A stretch of 64,000 nucleotides of DNA from the human T2T-CHM13v2.0 reference genome, Homo sapiens, in NCBI RefSeq assembly GCF_009914755.1, contig NC_060935.1; one strand, written 5' to 3'. Made by a program: the position numbers and the translations under genes. Below the pieces are notes generated by a model. It was not told the origin of the DNA. It saw nothing but the letters and a program-made list of their open reading frames with translations, and made no database searches. This document shows, piece after piece, positions 1-62,404 of the stretch (position 1 is the stretch's first letter; every line of letters starts with the position of its first letter).

Positions 1-1640
<1,640 letters not shown>

Positions 1641-1981
1641 TACCATTAATGCATTTTTGTATATCTCCTCCCACCCCCACAAACTGTCAGGCACGGGGCT
1701 TAGTGGGTGGAGGAAAGGCCCAGCAATGCCTGAGTAAGCCCAACTCCTGCCTGCCTCTTCGCAGAAACTAGGGTGCATCCAAACTGTCTCTTCTCAGGCT
1801 AGGCAGGACAGCGCGGCCTCACCTGTGAACCTTCAAGACTTGGACTTTGGCTGAAGCGAGGGCGTAGGAGTTCTAAGTACCGCTGGCTGCACGCCCTCTG
1901 GCCCATCACGTCCCAGGCTGCTCCTAGGTGGACACCCAACAGGTTAGGCAAGTCTTAGTTAAAAGCAGTGAGAGGCCAAGA

Positions 1982-2957
<976 letters not shown>

Positions 2958-3269
2958 GGCAAGGAGTTCCAATCATTCTCCCTTCACAGAGAAGCAGCTT
3001 GGATTCGATGGGACTGTAGTTTCTGGAATCCGACTGCAAAGCTGACCGCTGGTAGAGCCCAGCTTCTAACTTAGGAAAGGCACTAGCTCTCTACAAAGCC
3101 GCCACTCCCCAACTACACCCTGTAGGGACCAGCCAATCCCAAAGCCCGAGCGGGCGTCATCACCAATTGCAAGGCGGGAGACAGAGCCTTGGCTGGCACC
3201 GGGCCTCCTCCCCGGACCCGCAGAGGCCTGGCAGCGCCGCGTTTGAGGAGGGTTCGTGTCAGGAAGTCA

Positions 3270-3764
<495 letters not shown>

Positions 3765-3887
3765 TTAGCTCGGCTACCTGTGGCCCCGCAGTTTTGTAGT
3801 CCCCGCCTTGTTTCTCCCCAGAGGCCTCTCAATCCTCCCTCCATGATCTTCGCATAGAGCACAGTACCCCTTCACACGGAGGACGCG

Positions 3888-27592
<23,705 letters not shown>

Positions 27593-27940
27593 GAGACACT
27601 AAAGAAGGTGTGGGCCAGACAAGGCCTTGGAGCCCACACATGGGATCAAGTCCTGCAAGCAGAGGTGGCGATTTGTTAAAGGGCCAAAAGTATCCAAGGT
27701 TAGGGTTGGAGCAGGGGTGCTGGGACCTGGGGCACTGTGGGACTGGGACACTTTTATGTTAATGCTCTGGACTTGCCTCCAGAGACTGCTCCAGAGTTGG
27801 TGACACAGCTGTCCCAAGGGCCCCTCTGTATCTAGCCTGGAACCAAGGTTATCTTGGAACTAAATGACTTTTCTCCTCTCAGTGGGTGGTAGCAGAGGGA
27901 TCAAGCAGTTATTTGATTTGTGCTCACTTTTGATATGGCC

Positions 27941-27946
27941 AATAAA
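27941..27946 (+). terminator. DDB2: DDB2 polyadenylation signal
   Basis: AATAAA ~350 nt after the stop. Confidence 0.88.
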
Positions 27947-28070
27947 ACCATACCGACTGAGCTTCTGCGTGGATCTTCCAGAAGTGACCTGGTCAGAGAG
28001 CTTCTTGCGTCTCAGAAATGAAGAAAAAGCACAGGAAACAGCACTATCAGTCCAATAGGAAACAGCACTA

Positions 28071-28076
28071 TTCATT
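28071..28076 (-). terminator. ACP2: Probable ACP2 polyadenylation signal (variant AATGAA)
   Basis: AATGAA followed by GU/U-rich sequence on the minus strand; I saw no closer canonical AATAAA in the 3' UTR. Confidence 0.5.
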
Positions 28077-28858
28077 CTCTGGGAGCTGCCCCAGCCCTAT
28101 TCTGGGCCACAGTCTAGAACTTTCTTTTCCAGCTCACAACCTGCATGTAGCTCAGGTCCCTGGAGACCCCAGCCCAGCTGAGGGAGAGCAGTTTCCTGAT
28201 TCGTGTGACAAGCAACTCCCTTCCCACCACTCCCCACTCCCTCCCAAGTACAGACAACCTTCCGTCCTGCTCCAGTTGAAGGGGTGACAACGATTCCTGA
28301 AGCATTCTGTCTGAGTCTAATGGTGGCTCTAGCCAGACACAGGGAAATGTGGCTGGCTGGCTGTTGGGTGATCCAGTTCCTTGGGAGCCAATGTTTGTAC
28401 CCCTGGTATTAGCTGTTTTTCCCACTAAAATAAGCACTGAGAGGCAAGACCGTGTCCCTCTGAGCTATTTGCCGAAGACTTCAGGCTGGAGGAAAAAGAA
28501 CAGGGCTTGATAGAAGTGCAAGGTGGATCCAGCACCAACTCTGCCATTTTCTAATCCTAGGTCCTGAGTGAACACTGACTGCCAGTTTACATCTCAGGTG
28601 TGTAGGGAGCGTGGAGGAGGCAAATCCTGTTTGGAGAAAGCCAGTGTCCAACACAGCACTTGGTAAACATCAGGCATGGGAATGCTGAGTGACAGGCACC
28701 ATGGGCCACGCTGAGCCCCACTCGCTCATCTGGCTGGGGTCATCAGAGGGAGGCCCAACCCAGGATCTCCTGTCCATGGGCTGGGGAGCAGCAACAGTCA
28801 GGAGCGAGGGCCCAGCCCACCTCCCCTAGGAGGTGGAGGGAAGGGGGCTGAGTGGTTG

Positions 28859-37547
<8,689 letters not shown>

Positions 37548-37561
37548 CACCGTTGTAATCT

Positions 37562-37622
37562 ATGCAGCAAACAAGCTGGAACCCGCTGGGTGGCACCTGC
37601 AAGCAGCCGCCCGGACGCACCC
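37562..37622 (+). CDS. NR1H3: Alternative NR1H3 coding first exon (MQQTSWNPLGGTCKQPPGRT-H), in frame with the exon at 48568
   Basis: ATG at 37562, 61 nt, phase-1 donor C|gtaagg matches the phase-1 acceptor at 48568, giving 453 aa. Confidence 0.7.
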
Positions 37623-37659
37623 GTAAGGACACACGCCGGAAGTGCGTTCGCCGCCATCT

Positions 37660-37757
37660 TACTTAGGGACCTGCTGGGGTGCGGGGAAAAGGCGCAGTCT
37701 CGGTGGGATTGCGTGCAGGAGGGTCGTGGTCTGGCTGTGGCGGAGGAGCATAAGAAG
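37660..37757 (+). other. NR1H3: NR1H3 distal non-coding first exon (start approximate)
   Basis: Directly downstream of the ETS/YY1 core; strong donor AAG|gtaacg; splicing to 48568 would start the protein at Met46 (48660). Confidence 0.7.
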
Positions 37758-38563
37758 GTAACGCGACCTGGCGCGGCAGACAGGGCTCGAAGACCTCATC
37801 TTGATTAAGAAGGCCACAAATTCGCGTTTGCCTCTGCTCGGAGAAATCCCTTACCAAGGTGGCACTTGCAGTGGGCGGGACCATGTCTGGAGAACCAGCG
37901 TCCCCTCCAGGCTTGACCCCATAGCTAGATCGGGTGCAGAATTGAGGCGAGGGATGGGAAAGTAGAGGTCGCTTCTCTCCACGCCCCTGCCTTTGTGGGG
38001 AGATTGAGCCCTGGCCCTGTTCTCCAGGAGATGTTTTGCTTGGGGTGCAGGACACAGTATGTAAACAACCCTTTGGACTCCGTGTGTCCTTGAGGTTGCC
38101 CCAGTCTGGCCTACCGTTCCTGCCCTGCACAAAGCTTCAGTAGCCCTCTCACTTTCCCTTCCAGTCCTTTCCCTGTCCTCCCTCCCCTCCACTTCCAAGT
38201 TTTAGTTAATTAGAGTCAAGACGTCATGTCATGCCTCTTCCCAAAAGAGTTGGGTTGCACAGGATGTTCAGACTTTACAAACCCAAAGCACTGAATCCCT
38301 GGGGGAGGAATTTCAGACCAGTGGGGAGGTATTTTGAGGTAAGGGACAGGCGCATATCATAAAGTGGGAGTAGGTGGGGTTTCCACAGAATCAATGGCCC
38401 TCTTGGCATTGACCATTAGGATTCAGGTGCAGCCAGTTTGGCCTCAGGACTTTGTGACTCCTGTGACGGTTGCAGGTCAGATCATAGGTCCTGGGGATGC
38501 TTTGATTCAGATCTGCCTACTGGAAGCAAATCTCCTCAGATCTTTGGGAAACAAAACTGATCA

Positions 38564-42055
<3,492 letters not shown>

Positions 42056-43834
42056 CTTATACCTGTATTCAAATTTGATATTTGCCCCTTGCTAGTAACT
42101 ATCTCCTAGAGTTTACTGTGAGAATAAATGAAATAATGCATGTAAAGATAAATGTATGTAGTAGGGATGAAATAAATGTCACATCTTTCCTTTCTGCCTT
42201 CTGTATCATCTCTGAACTCAGGTCTGGGAATCCAGGTTTCTGGATTATTCTCTATGTTGTGATTGGAAGGTTGGGCAGAAGTCACTTGAGTAGATACGCA
42301 ATGGTCTGCAAGATGATCCCTGCACTTTCCACCCTTCCAGAACGGTGAAGGAGGGAACAAGAAGCAGTTCTCCTGGTCCATCCCTGCAGACCTTACCCTG
42401 TGGCCTGCTTCATGGGAATGAGTACTTTCAGGGCAGTTAGCCAGTACTACCTGTGACCATGGCTGGTGAATGCTCCTGTTTCTGCTTCAAGTTTCTCCTT
42501 GCTGTGAGAAGAAACCTGTGGAGGTTCTGGGGGGCCAGATATGTGACTTGGTAGATCCCCGAGTGTGTTCCCAGAGACATTGCCTCCTGCAGGAGCCAAG
42601 GAAACACAGAAGAGGCCCATAGGACTGGGGGACTTTGGACCTAACAACTGTGGGCTGGTGGGACTGTGGCACGGGGGTGGGGCTGCCAAAGTGGGAACAT
42701 GATTCCAGCTGCTGATCACTTCACTGCTTGCCCTGGCTTGAAGTAAGTCTCAGTGGTTGGTCTCCAGAAACTCCATGGAAATACTGCCCACAGGTTTTGG
42801 TCTTCTCCCATTTTCCTCTCCTTTTCCCTCTTTGTAGGGATGAGGGTTGGGGTTTCTGAGCTGTAACCTGATAGGACGGCTCTGGCAGTTGAAGTCCTGG
42901 TTATAATTCCTCCTAAACAGGAGACCCTAGCCTGCCCACCCCCACTCCCACAAGATGGGGCTCGTATGTGGTCCTGGGTCCTGGGAAGCCACCTGTGGGG
43001 AGACTAGGTGTCAGGGGAGGGAGTTGAAGAACAAAGTGGATGAAAGAGGCTTCTCCCAGCTCCCAGAAGATAGGGCACCAGGCCCCAGACCATTGAGTCC
43101 TGAGTTTCTTGAAACCAGGCATCTCTGTGACATCTCTGGCTGCCCTGCTGGGCTGGAGCTTCTGGGAGCAGGGAGGTAGAGGAGGGAGCTGGACTGGTGA
43201 TGTGGGTGCTGGGACAGAATAGTGCCAGTCTCTCAGTGACTAGAGTCCCTGGTTTCTGCTTTTCCAGGACAGCTGGGGCCTTGTGAAAATCAGAGAGGGA
43301 ACACAGGCGAGAGGAATGGAGAGCCTTGTGCTTGTGACTCAGAGATACCCAGACCAGGGTGGGGGCCTTGGGAGGGGACGACCTTGTGATGAGGGGGAAC
43401 AAAAGCAAAAGCTGGAGGCAGAAGTCTGAGATGGGGGTGTCACAGGGGCTTTTCTGAAATGTGAAAATGAATACATGGGCAGATTTTGCAACAGCACCCA
43501 GCCTGCTGTCTTCTCACACTCTGCTCCCCAGCCCCGGCCTGTTCCCCCTCTCCCACCCTGTGCTTCCTCTCATCTTTCACCAGGCTCCTCTTCTGCCTCA
43601 GCCTTCATCTTTTTCTCATCTGGTTCCTTCTGTCCCATCTACACCCCCTGTCCACTCTTTCCCTGTTTCCTGTGTTCTCTTCCCTGGTGCCCTGTTCATC
43701 TGTTTCGGTCTCTTTGGCTGCTTGCCCTGGCCCCCGTCCTTCTATGCTTTAATGTGGGGCCCATGGGAACTGGAGTTCATAGCAAAACAGGAAGAGCCGG
43801 TGAGCAGGAAACTGGGAATGGGGCAGGGGGTGAA

Positions 43835-43850
43835 TGACCAGCAGTAACCT
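43835..43850 (-). promoter_or_regulatory. NR1H3: LXR response element (DR4), autoregulatory enhancer
   Basis: AGGTTA ctgc TGGTCA on the minus strand, ~2.9 kb upstream of the proximal first exon; matches the known human LXR-alpha LXRE. Confidence 0.85.
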
Positions 43851-44190
43851 CAGCAGCTTGCCTCCCACATCTGGACTGGAGCATCTGCAGGGTTCTCAGC
43901 CTCTCCCCTGTAGCCCACCAGCCCTGGCTGCTTCCATTACAGCACTTCACTGGCCCAAGACGCAACAAGACAAGATTGTCCTGGACTCTGACACAGCAAA
44001 GGGACTGGAGTGAGGACATCTGGGTTCTGATCCCAGCCCAGCCACTAACTGTGTGGTCTTGGAAAAGGCCCTCACATGAGTTTCAGTGTTCTCTGTCAAA
44101 TGGAGCTCGGGTTACTTACCCTCCTTTCCTCCCAGCGCTGCTCTAAGGACCAGAAAAGATAGTGAAGGGTTTGTGCTGTGTATGGAAACA

Positions 44191-44203
44191 AGTACAAAGT
44201 TCA
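44191..44203 (+). promoter_or_regulatory. NR1H3: DR1 / PPRE-like element
   Basis: AACA-AGTACA A AGTTCA. Confidence 0.55.
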
Positions 44204-44309
44204 AAATCCACCAAGTTAAAGCAATGGGAAGACCTACAGCTGAAAGAACTGGGAGGGTGATGATAACTCGTGCCATTTCTCAAACACTATGTGCCACACG
44301 TTGTGATAG

Positions 44310-44567
<258 letters not shown>

Positions 44568-44610
44568 TGAGTAGCTGGGATTACAGGAATGCATCATCAC
44601 ACCCGGCTAA

Positions 44611-44751
<141 letters not shown>

Positions 44752-44784
44752 TAGTTTCAATCCCACAACAACCTTGTGTGGTAA

Positions 44785-45066
<282 letters not shown>

Positions 45067-45492
45067 TAGGCCTCCCAAAGTGCTGGGATTACAGGCGTGA
45101 GCCACCGTGCCCGTTCTATTTATTTTTCAACACACCATTGCTGGCTCAACTATTCTTATTTTAAAGATAGGGAAACAAAGATTCAGAGACGTTAAGTAAC
45201 TTGCTCAATCAAGATCACATAGGTAATAAGAGGTTTAGGATTTGAACCCAAAATCTGAGCCCAGAGTCTGAACGCTAAATCAACATGCTGAGTTGAAATT
45301 GACTACAGCAGTTGTGATGGCGTGTGCCTGTAATCCTAGCACTTTGGAAGGCTGAGGTGGGAGGATGGCTTGAGCCCAGGAGTGTGAAGCCAGCCTGGGC
45401 AACATAGTGAGACCCTACCCCAAAAAAGGTAAAAAAAAAAAAAAAAAAGGAATAATAAAAAAAATTGACTAGGGCTAATAAGTACGGGATAG

Positions 45493-45712
<220 letters not shown>

Positions 45713-46299
45713 TAGCCAGGATGGTCTCGATCTCCTGACCTCGTGATCCGCCTGCCTCGGCCTCCCAAAGTGCTGGGATTACAGGCGTGAGCCACCGCGC
45801 CCGGCCGAGAATATATTATATTTTTCTTGTTATTCATTCAACAAATAGGAACACAGTACCTACTCTGTTGCCACATCTATGCCAGCCCTGTTTCAGGGGT
45901 GTTGGGGGAGATGAAATCAATAAAATATGATGTCTACTTTCAGGGATGGATTTCATGCCCCAGGCAGCAGAGTAGGAAGAATGACTATAGTCTCAGTAGC
46001 TGCTGGTTGGAGCCTGCCATCACTTCAGATGGGGTTGTTCCCCAGAAGAGGCAACCCGCATACCTTCCCAGGTCCATCCTGGGCTGCCACCTGAGTTGCC
46101 TGTCTTCCTTCTGCCACCTCCACCCCTATCCCAGGCCTGCCATTGCTCATAGCAGATTTCCTATCAAAGGCTCTCCTGGCCTCCTCTCTTATCTGTGGCC
46201 CCCGCAGGGCACCCACTTTCAGAAACTCCCTGGAAGGCCCAGCACCTGCCTCTCTCCACCCCTGGATTTCTACCAGCTTGGCTGAGGCCTGGGGCTAGT

Positions 46300-46512
46300 G
46301 GGGAGAGCTTCTTGGCCTCTTCCCAGAGGCAAGGGAGGAGGAGGGAGGCTGGGAAAGCCGCTGGGGCTCAGTGTCGCAATTCCGGGCCGTGCTGGGACCT
46401 TTGCTCCACGAGGTGCCTATGGAGGGGAGGGAACACGATTCTGGAGGCTGCTGGGATTGGGGTGGGGGTTCCTGGGAGGCAGTCCTTTTGCAAGAGCTGC
46501 TAAGAGCGCTGG
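46300..46512 (+). other. NR1H3: Possible alternative NR1H3 non-coding first exon (start approximate)
   Basis: Donor TGG|gtaagg at 46512/46513 in the proximal promoter. Confidence 0.45.
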
Positions 46513-46769
46513 GTAAGGAGAGGAAGGGGAGAGACATGGAACTTGGCTGGTCTGCAGGGAAATGCCACTGTTTTGGCCGGGAGTAGGGGGCGGGAGTGGC
46601 GGGAGAGGGGGTGGCCGGCTGGGGAGGAGCCAGCCTGGTGGAGAAGCTGCCCTGTGGGCGGGGGTGAGGAGGGGAGGGCTGTGGTCACCAGGCAGGAAGG
46701 AGGGGTGGCCTGACCCCTCGGCAGTCCCTCCCCTCAGCCTTTCCCCAAATTGCTACTTCTCTGGGGCTC

Positions 46770-46906
46770 CAGGTCCTGCTTGTGCTCAGCTCCAGCTCAC
46801 TGGCTGGCCACCGAGACTTCTGGACAGGAAACTGCACCATCCTCTTCTCCCAGCAAGGGGGCTCCAGAGACTGCCCACCCAGGAAGTCTGGTGGCCTGGG
46901 GATTTG
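46770..46906 (+). other. NR1H3: NR1H3 proximal non-coding exon 1 (start approximate)
   Basis: Follows a G-rich GC-box promoter at 46575-46710; donor TTG|gtgggt. Confidence 0.7.
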
Positions 46907-47450
46907 GTGGGTCTGCTCCTTAGCAGTGGCCTGGGGCTCTGTGTGTGTATCTGGGGTGGGGTCGGGGAATGTCCTAAGGATCTGAGAAGGGGGTTTCTGG
47001 GGAGAAGTGAGGGGTGATGGTGATGGAAGCTTGGGACAGGAGCAGGACTCTGGGTCCCAGAATAACTCATGAGGGGCTCAGGGGAGGAGGTCCTCTATGT
47101 GAATTGGGGAGATTCTTGGAGACAGGTTTGTGCTGGGACCCTGGAAAGTGGCACGAGCGAGGTTCTCTAATAAGCAGCGTGTTTCACTGGGTGGAGTGAG
47201 CTGTCCTCAGTGTTGGAGTGAGGGGGAAGGGGCCCGAGAGAAGCAGGGCAGATGCACCCAAACATTCCCTGCTGGCCTGGAGGGGACTTTGGGGGAGAAA
47301 AGCCGGCACGGTGGCTGGGAGCCCAGACTTTGGAGTCAGAGGAGGGTTGGAGTCTTGACTCTACCGCCGCCTAACTGTGTGACCATAGTTACTTAATCTC
47401 TTTGAACCTCAGTTTGCTTATCTGTAAAATGAGTTTAAGAATAGTCCTGA

Positions 47451-47612
47451 GCCAGGAGCAGTAGCGTGCGCCCATAATCTCAGATACTCAGGAAGCTGAA
47501 ACCTGATTGCTTCAGCCCAGTAGTTTGAGGCGATAGTGTCCTATTATTGCACCTGTGAATAGCACTGAGTTCCAGCCTGGGCAACATAGAGAGACCCCAT
47601 CTCAAAAAAAAA
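47451..47612 (+). mobile_element. FAM-type fossil Alu monomer inside a MIR (FLAM follows at ~47671-47795)
   Basis: Monomer retaining the 7SL-derived CCTGTGAATAGC segment that dimeric Alus lack. Confidence 0.75.
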
Positions 47613-47993
47613 ATTAATAGTTTTGACCTCAGAGGGATATTATGAGGAAAGCACATAAAGCCTTATAACAGGCTGGGCGCAGTGGCTTACTCCAATAATC
47701 CCCACACTTTGGGAGGCCCAGGTGAGAGGATCACTTGAGCCCAGGAATTCCTAGACTAGCCTGGGCAAAATAGGGAGAACCTGTCTCTAAAAAACATAAT
47801 AGTAATATAATAAAGCCTTAGTACAGGCTAATATATGGCAAGTAAATGTTAGCTGATATTGTTGATATTGATAAAAGGGAGGATCAGGTGGAGAAGGGAG
47901 CTGAGGCCAGAAAGGAGCCCAGTTCTAGAAGAGTATAATCTGGGTCCTTCCTGCAGGACAGTGCCTTGGTAATGACCAGGGCTCCAGAAAGAG

Positions 47994-57466
<9,473 letters not shown>

Positions 57467-57594
57467 CTGTTCTGTCCCCATATTTTCTGTTTTCTTGGCC
57501 GGATGGCTGAGGCCTGGTGGCTGCCTCCTAGAAGTGGAACAGACTGAGAAGGGCAAACATTCCTGGGAGCTGGGCAAGGAGATCCTCCCGTGGC

Positions 57595-57600
57595 ATTAAA
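57595..57600 (+). terminator. NR1H3: NR1H3 polyadenylation signal
   Basis: ATTAAA ~130 nt after the stop, followed by GU-rich sequence. Confidence 0.8.
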
Positions 57601-58049
57601 AGAGAGTCAAAGGGTTGCGAGTTTTGTGGCTACTGAGCAGTGGAGCCCTCGCTAACACTGTGCTGTGTCTGAAGATCATGCTGACCCCACAAACGGATGG
57701 GCCTGGGGGCCACTTTGCACAGGGTTCTCCAGAGCCCTGCCCATCCTGCCTCCACCACTTCCTGTTTTTCCCACAGGGCCCCAAGAAAAATTCTCCACTG
57801 TCACTCTGTGGTATGGCCATAAATGCCTCAGCGCCGCCTCACTGATAGGTCTGGTACTGTTTGAACAGGAAGATCAAAATGAATACAAAATGAGAGAAAC
57901 CAATTTCTGGATTGGGGGTGGGGACACGGTAATAGAGGAGGAAGCCTGCGATCTTTAGGATCCGCCTCCAGGCCCAGCGGAGGGAGAGTCACAAATGACA
58001 GCCTTGGCCGTGAGAGGGGGCCTCTTCTTACTAACCCCCACTGCGCCAT

Positions 58050-59400
58050 ATGGGTAAATGGAATGCTGAGGCTTAGGCGCCCCCTTCCCCTGCTGGGATC
58101 CGGGTAGGATCCGGTTGCCTTTCTGCGGTGGAGGAGGAAGTGTTGGATTTCAGCGCTAAGGCGTCGGCGGTGCACCTCACGTGCATGTGTAGCATGCCTT
58201 GGGTTTTCCTTTGGCATCTGAAAAAGGCACAACCTGAAAGACCTAGAACCCAGTGTCGGTCCCCAGGCCCTTTGGGACAGGAAGAGAAGAGCCGTGTGGC
58301 CGCGGGGAGGATGTCCTGCGGCGGGGCTGTCCTCGCGGACTGACTGGACTCCATCTCCCAGCGGGCGCCGCGGCGCGGCCACGCCCCCCCACTCCCCGCG
58401 CGCGCCCGGTGGAGGTAACCGCGGCCGCGCGCCCCCCTCTGCCCCCGCTGCCCAGGATTGGTAGGCTCCACCGCTCGGCAGCCGGCTTCCCTGCTCGGAC
58501 GCCGAGCACCGCCAAAGCGCGTGAGTGGGGGGTGGGGACTGGGGGATGGGGAGCCCGTCAGGAAGTCTCAGGGGCCGATTATCTTGGGAAGTGACTTTCA
58601 GAGGAATCCCCATGTCGTCGAAACGGGCGCTATGACCCCGTCGGGTGAGAGTCTCTCTGAGCAACCCAAACAGAAGGTACTGCTGTGGGTCCCCCACTTG
58701 GCACGCGACGGCGCTGGGTCGGCCTGGCGCGCCCTCCCGCGCCCACGGGCGCTAGGCTAGGTCTGTGCGCAGCCGCTGTCTCCCGAGGTCGGCCCCGCCC
58801 CGCGGCGCTCGGCTCGGTGCAGCCCCGGCCCCCCGGGCTGAATGGTACGGCCCCGGCCCCGGCCTCCCCCTCCGCACCCCGCGCGAGTGGTGCGTGCCCC
58901 CCAGTGCAGACGCGGAACTGGCGCCCGCTCGGAGCGGCGCCGCGCTGGGGAGCGACTGACGCCCCGCTGCCGGGGGACGTCGGGCTGGGCCTGGCCAGTC
59001 CCCCAGAGCTTGGGAGGTAGGAGAGTCTGGGCCGGTGGGGGTCCTGGGCGAGCGTCTGGGGACTCCGAGCGGGAGACGGGCTCTGAGAGGACACCGTGGC
59101 TCTTGGAGGAAGGGGTCTCTCAGGAGGCCCTGGGGGAGTGTGAAGGGGCGTGGGGACGGGGGTCTGCCGAGGAGGGGCGGGGACGGGGATGGGGGCGCCC
59201 CGGGCAGAGGAGGGGGCTCAGGCTACTGGGCTTGGTTCCTGCCGAGCGGGCGGCTCGGGTTCAGGTTCGGGGCGGGGGCGGGGGCGGGGGAGAACTGTCC
59301 AGCAGGTGAGGGGGCGGGCAGAGCTGGCCAGCCCTGGGGCCGAACCCGCACAGCGCTTGGCGGGTGTGCTTGTGCGTGTGCGTGCTTGCGCCTTATTTTT
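58050..59400 (+). promoter_or_regulatory. MADD: MADD CpG island with alternative non-coding first exons
   Basis: Very high GC/CpG; GC boxes; E-box CACGTG at 58178; candidate donors after 58414, 58460, 58520, 58676, 59016. Confidence 0.85.
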
Positions 59401-62086
59401 GGCTAGAATTTGGAGAAACACGTTTGGTTCTCAAGAAATTTTTTTTTTAACTTGATGTTTCAAAATTGACTTGCTGGAGAGAGAACACCATTTCATCTTT
59501 CTGCAATCGCTCTCCTCCCCATCCTCGTGTATCTACCTTCTTCCACCTTTCCCTGCCCTCCCCTCTACCCCAACCCTGCCAGCTGCCAGCCTCCTTGCTC
59601 CAGTTCTCCCATACGCTGGACCAGTCTGTGCTGATGAGCTTGCAAGGTCACTGCCTGGGGAGGTAGAGGAGGGGAGGAGAGCCTCCTGTTGTGTTCACGT
59701 CAGCAGAGATGTCATATCGCTCTCTGGTTCCTGTGGTTTTACTGTGAGATCCTGTCCAAAATGAGGGACGAATCCAAAGGGTTGGTTAGCATGGCTATTT
59801 CTGCTGAAAAGGCATAGATAACTTAAAAGTTTGTGAATCCTAAATCTACCTCTGGGTGGAGCTGATGGTGATGTCGGACTTCAGCAGATAGATATGCATT
59901 TTGAGCTGGATGCTTTTGGAATACAGGAAGATAGGAACCAGAGGCTCTACGTTAGTAAACATGGTTGAGGCAAGAGGCAGAGTCGGAGCCTCGTTGGTTG
60001 TGAAGACAAGAGTGTGAGTTGTGGGTGATGTTAGAGGATTTAGTCTTTAGAGGAGTTAAAGGTGTTAGTCTTTTTGGGGAGGGGAGAGAGGAGAGAATGA
60101 GAAGGAAAATCTTAGTTATCTTTGCAATCTGAATAACTGAAGGCAGTGGCTGCTGATCAGATGTGAACTCTGGCTAAAAATTTATCCTACCACCCGTAGC
60201 TAGAATAATAACAAGATCTCAGGGTCCTTGTGGCTCTGGAAGGAAATGATTGTGAGTGACTTGAGTTTCGTCAGATAGTTGTCAGTGGAGAGGGACTGAG
60301 ATCCCACCAAGGCTAGAGAGGCCTGATGCGTACTCAGTAGGAGGTGCTTCAGGCCTGATCTTTGAGATTTTGGTTGGAGAGGGCTCCGGGTTTTCAATGT
60401 AAACATAGATTGCAAGGTGTAGTCTAGAGCTCTGGTTCTATAAATTCTGTTTTACTTTAAGATACTTTGGCTCTCACTCTAGTCATTTCTACATAATTCT
60501 TTTTTTTTTTTCGAATCCCATGACAGGTTAACTACATAATTCTTTATTAAAACAAATTATGCTTTTTACTCATATCCCATTTCATTTCTCTATTTCTCTC
60601 CCCCTTGGATTCTGCTCAGGAGGAGCTGAGTGCGGCTCTGTTATAGTGCCCCACCTCCTGCAGTTTGCTCATGACTCTATTGCAGTTGGGAGAACCAAGG
60701 GACTATTTGGGTTCGTTAAGCAGTGGTGATACCTAGAAATGAATATATGGCGTGCTCAGAAACCTGGTGGTGTTCTAGAGATATCACTATCAAAAGCCAG
60801 AATTAGGACGAAGTACAAACTACAGACAGATGAGGGAGAAGACAACCTAATTCTTAGCAGGTACTGTCAGTGGGAGAAGTGTCTCTAGGTTCGAGGAGAG
60901 TGAATTGTTATGGGCCTTGGCCGACTCTGGAGTAGCAGCTGCTAGCACTGTGCGGTCACCAAGCAGGGGAGGGGCTGTGGCTCTGCTATAAATAGTGCTG
61001 GGAGCCAGAGTCGCTATAGAGATAAAACTGAATCCTATTACCTGCAGGTCCTCTACTGGGAGCAAGGGAAAGGAGAAAGCAGTATTTTGAGGATTTGAGA
61101 GGTATTGCAAATAGGTCTTGTTTATTGTTAGGTAGGGGAGAAAAAACTTCTACTCATTACCTAAACCAAATAGGGCCTTAAGCATCCAGGGAGTGTGTAT
61201 GTCTGTATATATGGGAGTGCCCGCAGCAGCAGGTGAGGGAGTAGAGGGTGTGTGTGTGTATACGATAATGGGTTTCTCTCCGTGTGCATTGAACAAGGTC
61301 TTAGGCCGCATGTAGAGCACAGAGGTAGAATCCTGGAACACTAGAAATATGAGAAAAGAACTTCTACTCATAGAAGAAGTAGCCCTACCAGAAATAGCTG
61401 TGCAGCGGGGTGAAACGTTTTATTTAGAGAAGTGTATAGACACTTAACACGAAATAAATTATAATTAAGACCATGAAAGCTTTTCCTAATTTTAGGACAT
61501 AGTTTAGAAATTTCTCTGAGCACCTCTCCCTGTCCTTGCAGAAATCCTGGTATTTCTGCCTCTAATTCATAGCCTCTGTAATGTATAGTAGGACAAGGAC
61601 TCATCTGTGGGTATTGTATTACTGATTCTGAGCCTGAGATCAAAATAGAGGAGAGATTATGATTCAGCACCAAGGGCAGAGCTAGTAGCAGTGGCCTCTG
61701 GGCTCCTTTCTTGCCTGAAGGAGGGAGAAAAGTGGTGCAGATTAGGCAATTGGGGCATGGACATTTTCATTTGAGATCACATGAGGTAGAATAGCCAGCT
61801 GTTATTGTCTGAGCATGGTTAACTAGACAGTCTATGTGGTAGTTTCACATCAAGCTGAATGTAGATTGTTGAAACAGAATAATTAAGTTTCCATCTAGAC
61901 CTAGAAGTGCAGGTTAGTGCTAGCTAGTTGAGGAGTCTGGTTTGATCCTGATCCACCCTGGAGGGATCCTGAGAGTGACTTCAATTTTTGTTACAATGAC
62001 TGAGTCCAGATTAGATGGCCTAGGTCTGTTTTTCAGAAACAGAGCCCCAGGCGTTAAGCTGGAAATTAAGTCATTGGTAGGGATAG

Positions 62087-62404
<318 letters not shown>

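Noticed and set aside
57828-59455. Long GC-rich ORFs (up to 289 aa) on both strands
   Set aside because: Stop-poor CpG island; no recognisable domain
59400-60900. Possible MADD antisense lncRNA, recalled for this area
   Set aside because: I cannot define its exons or ends from sequence alone
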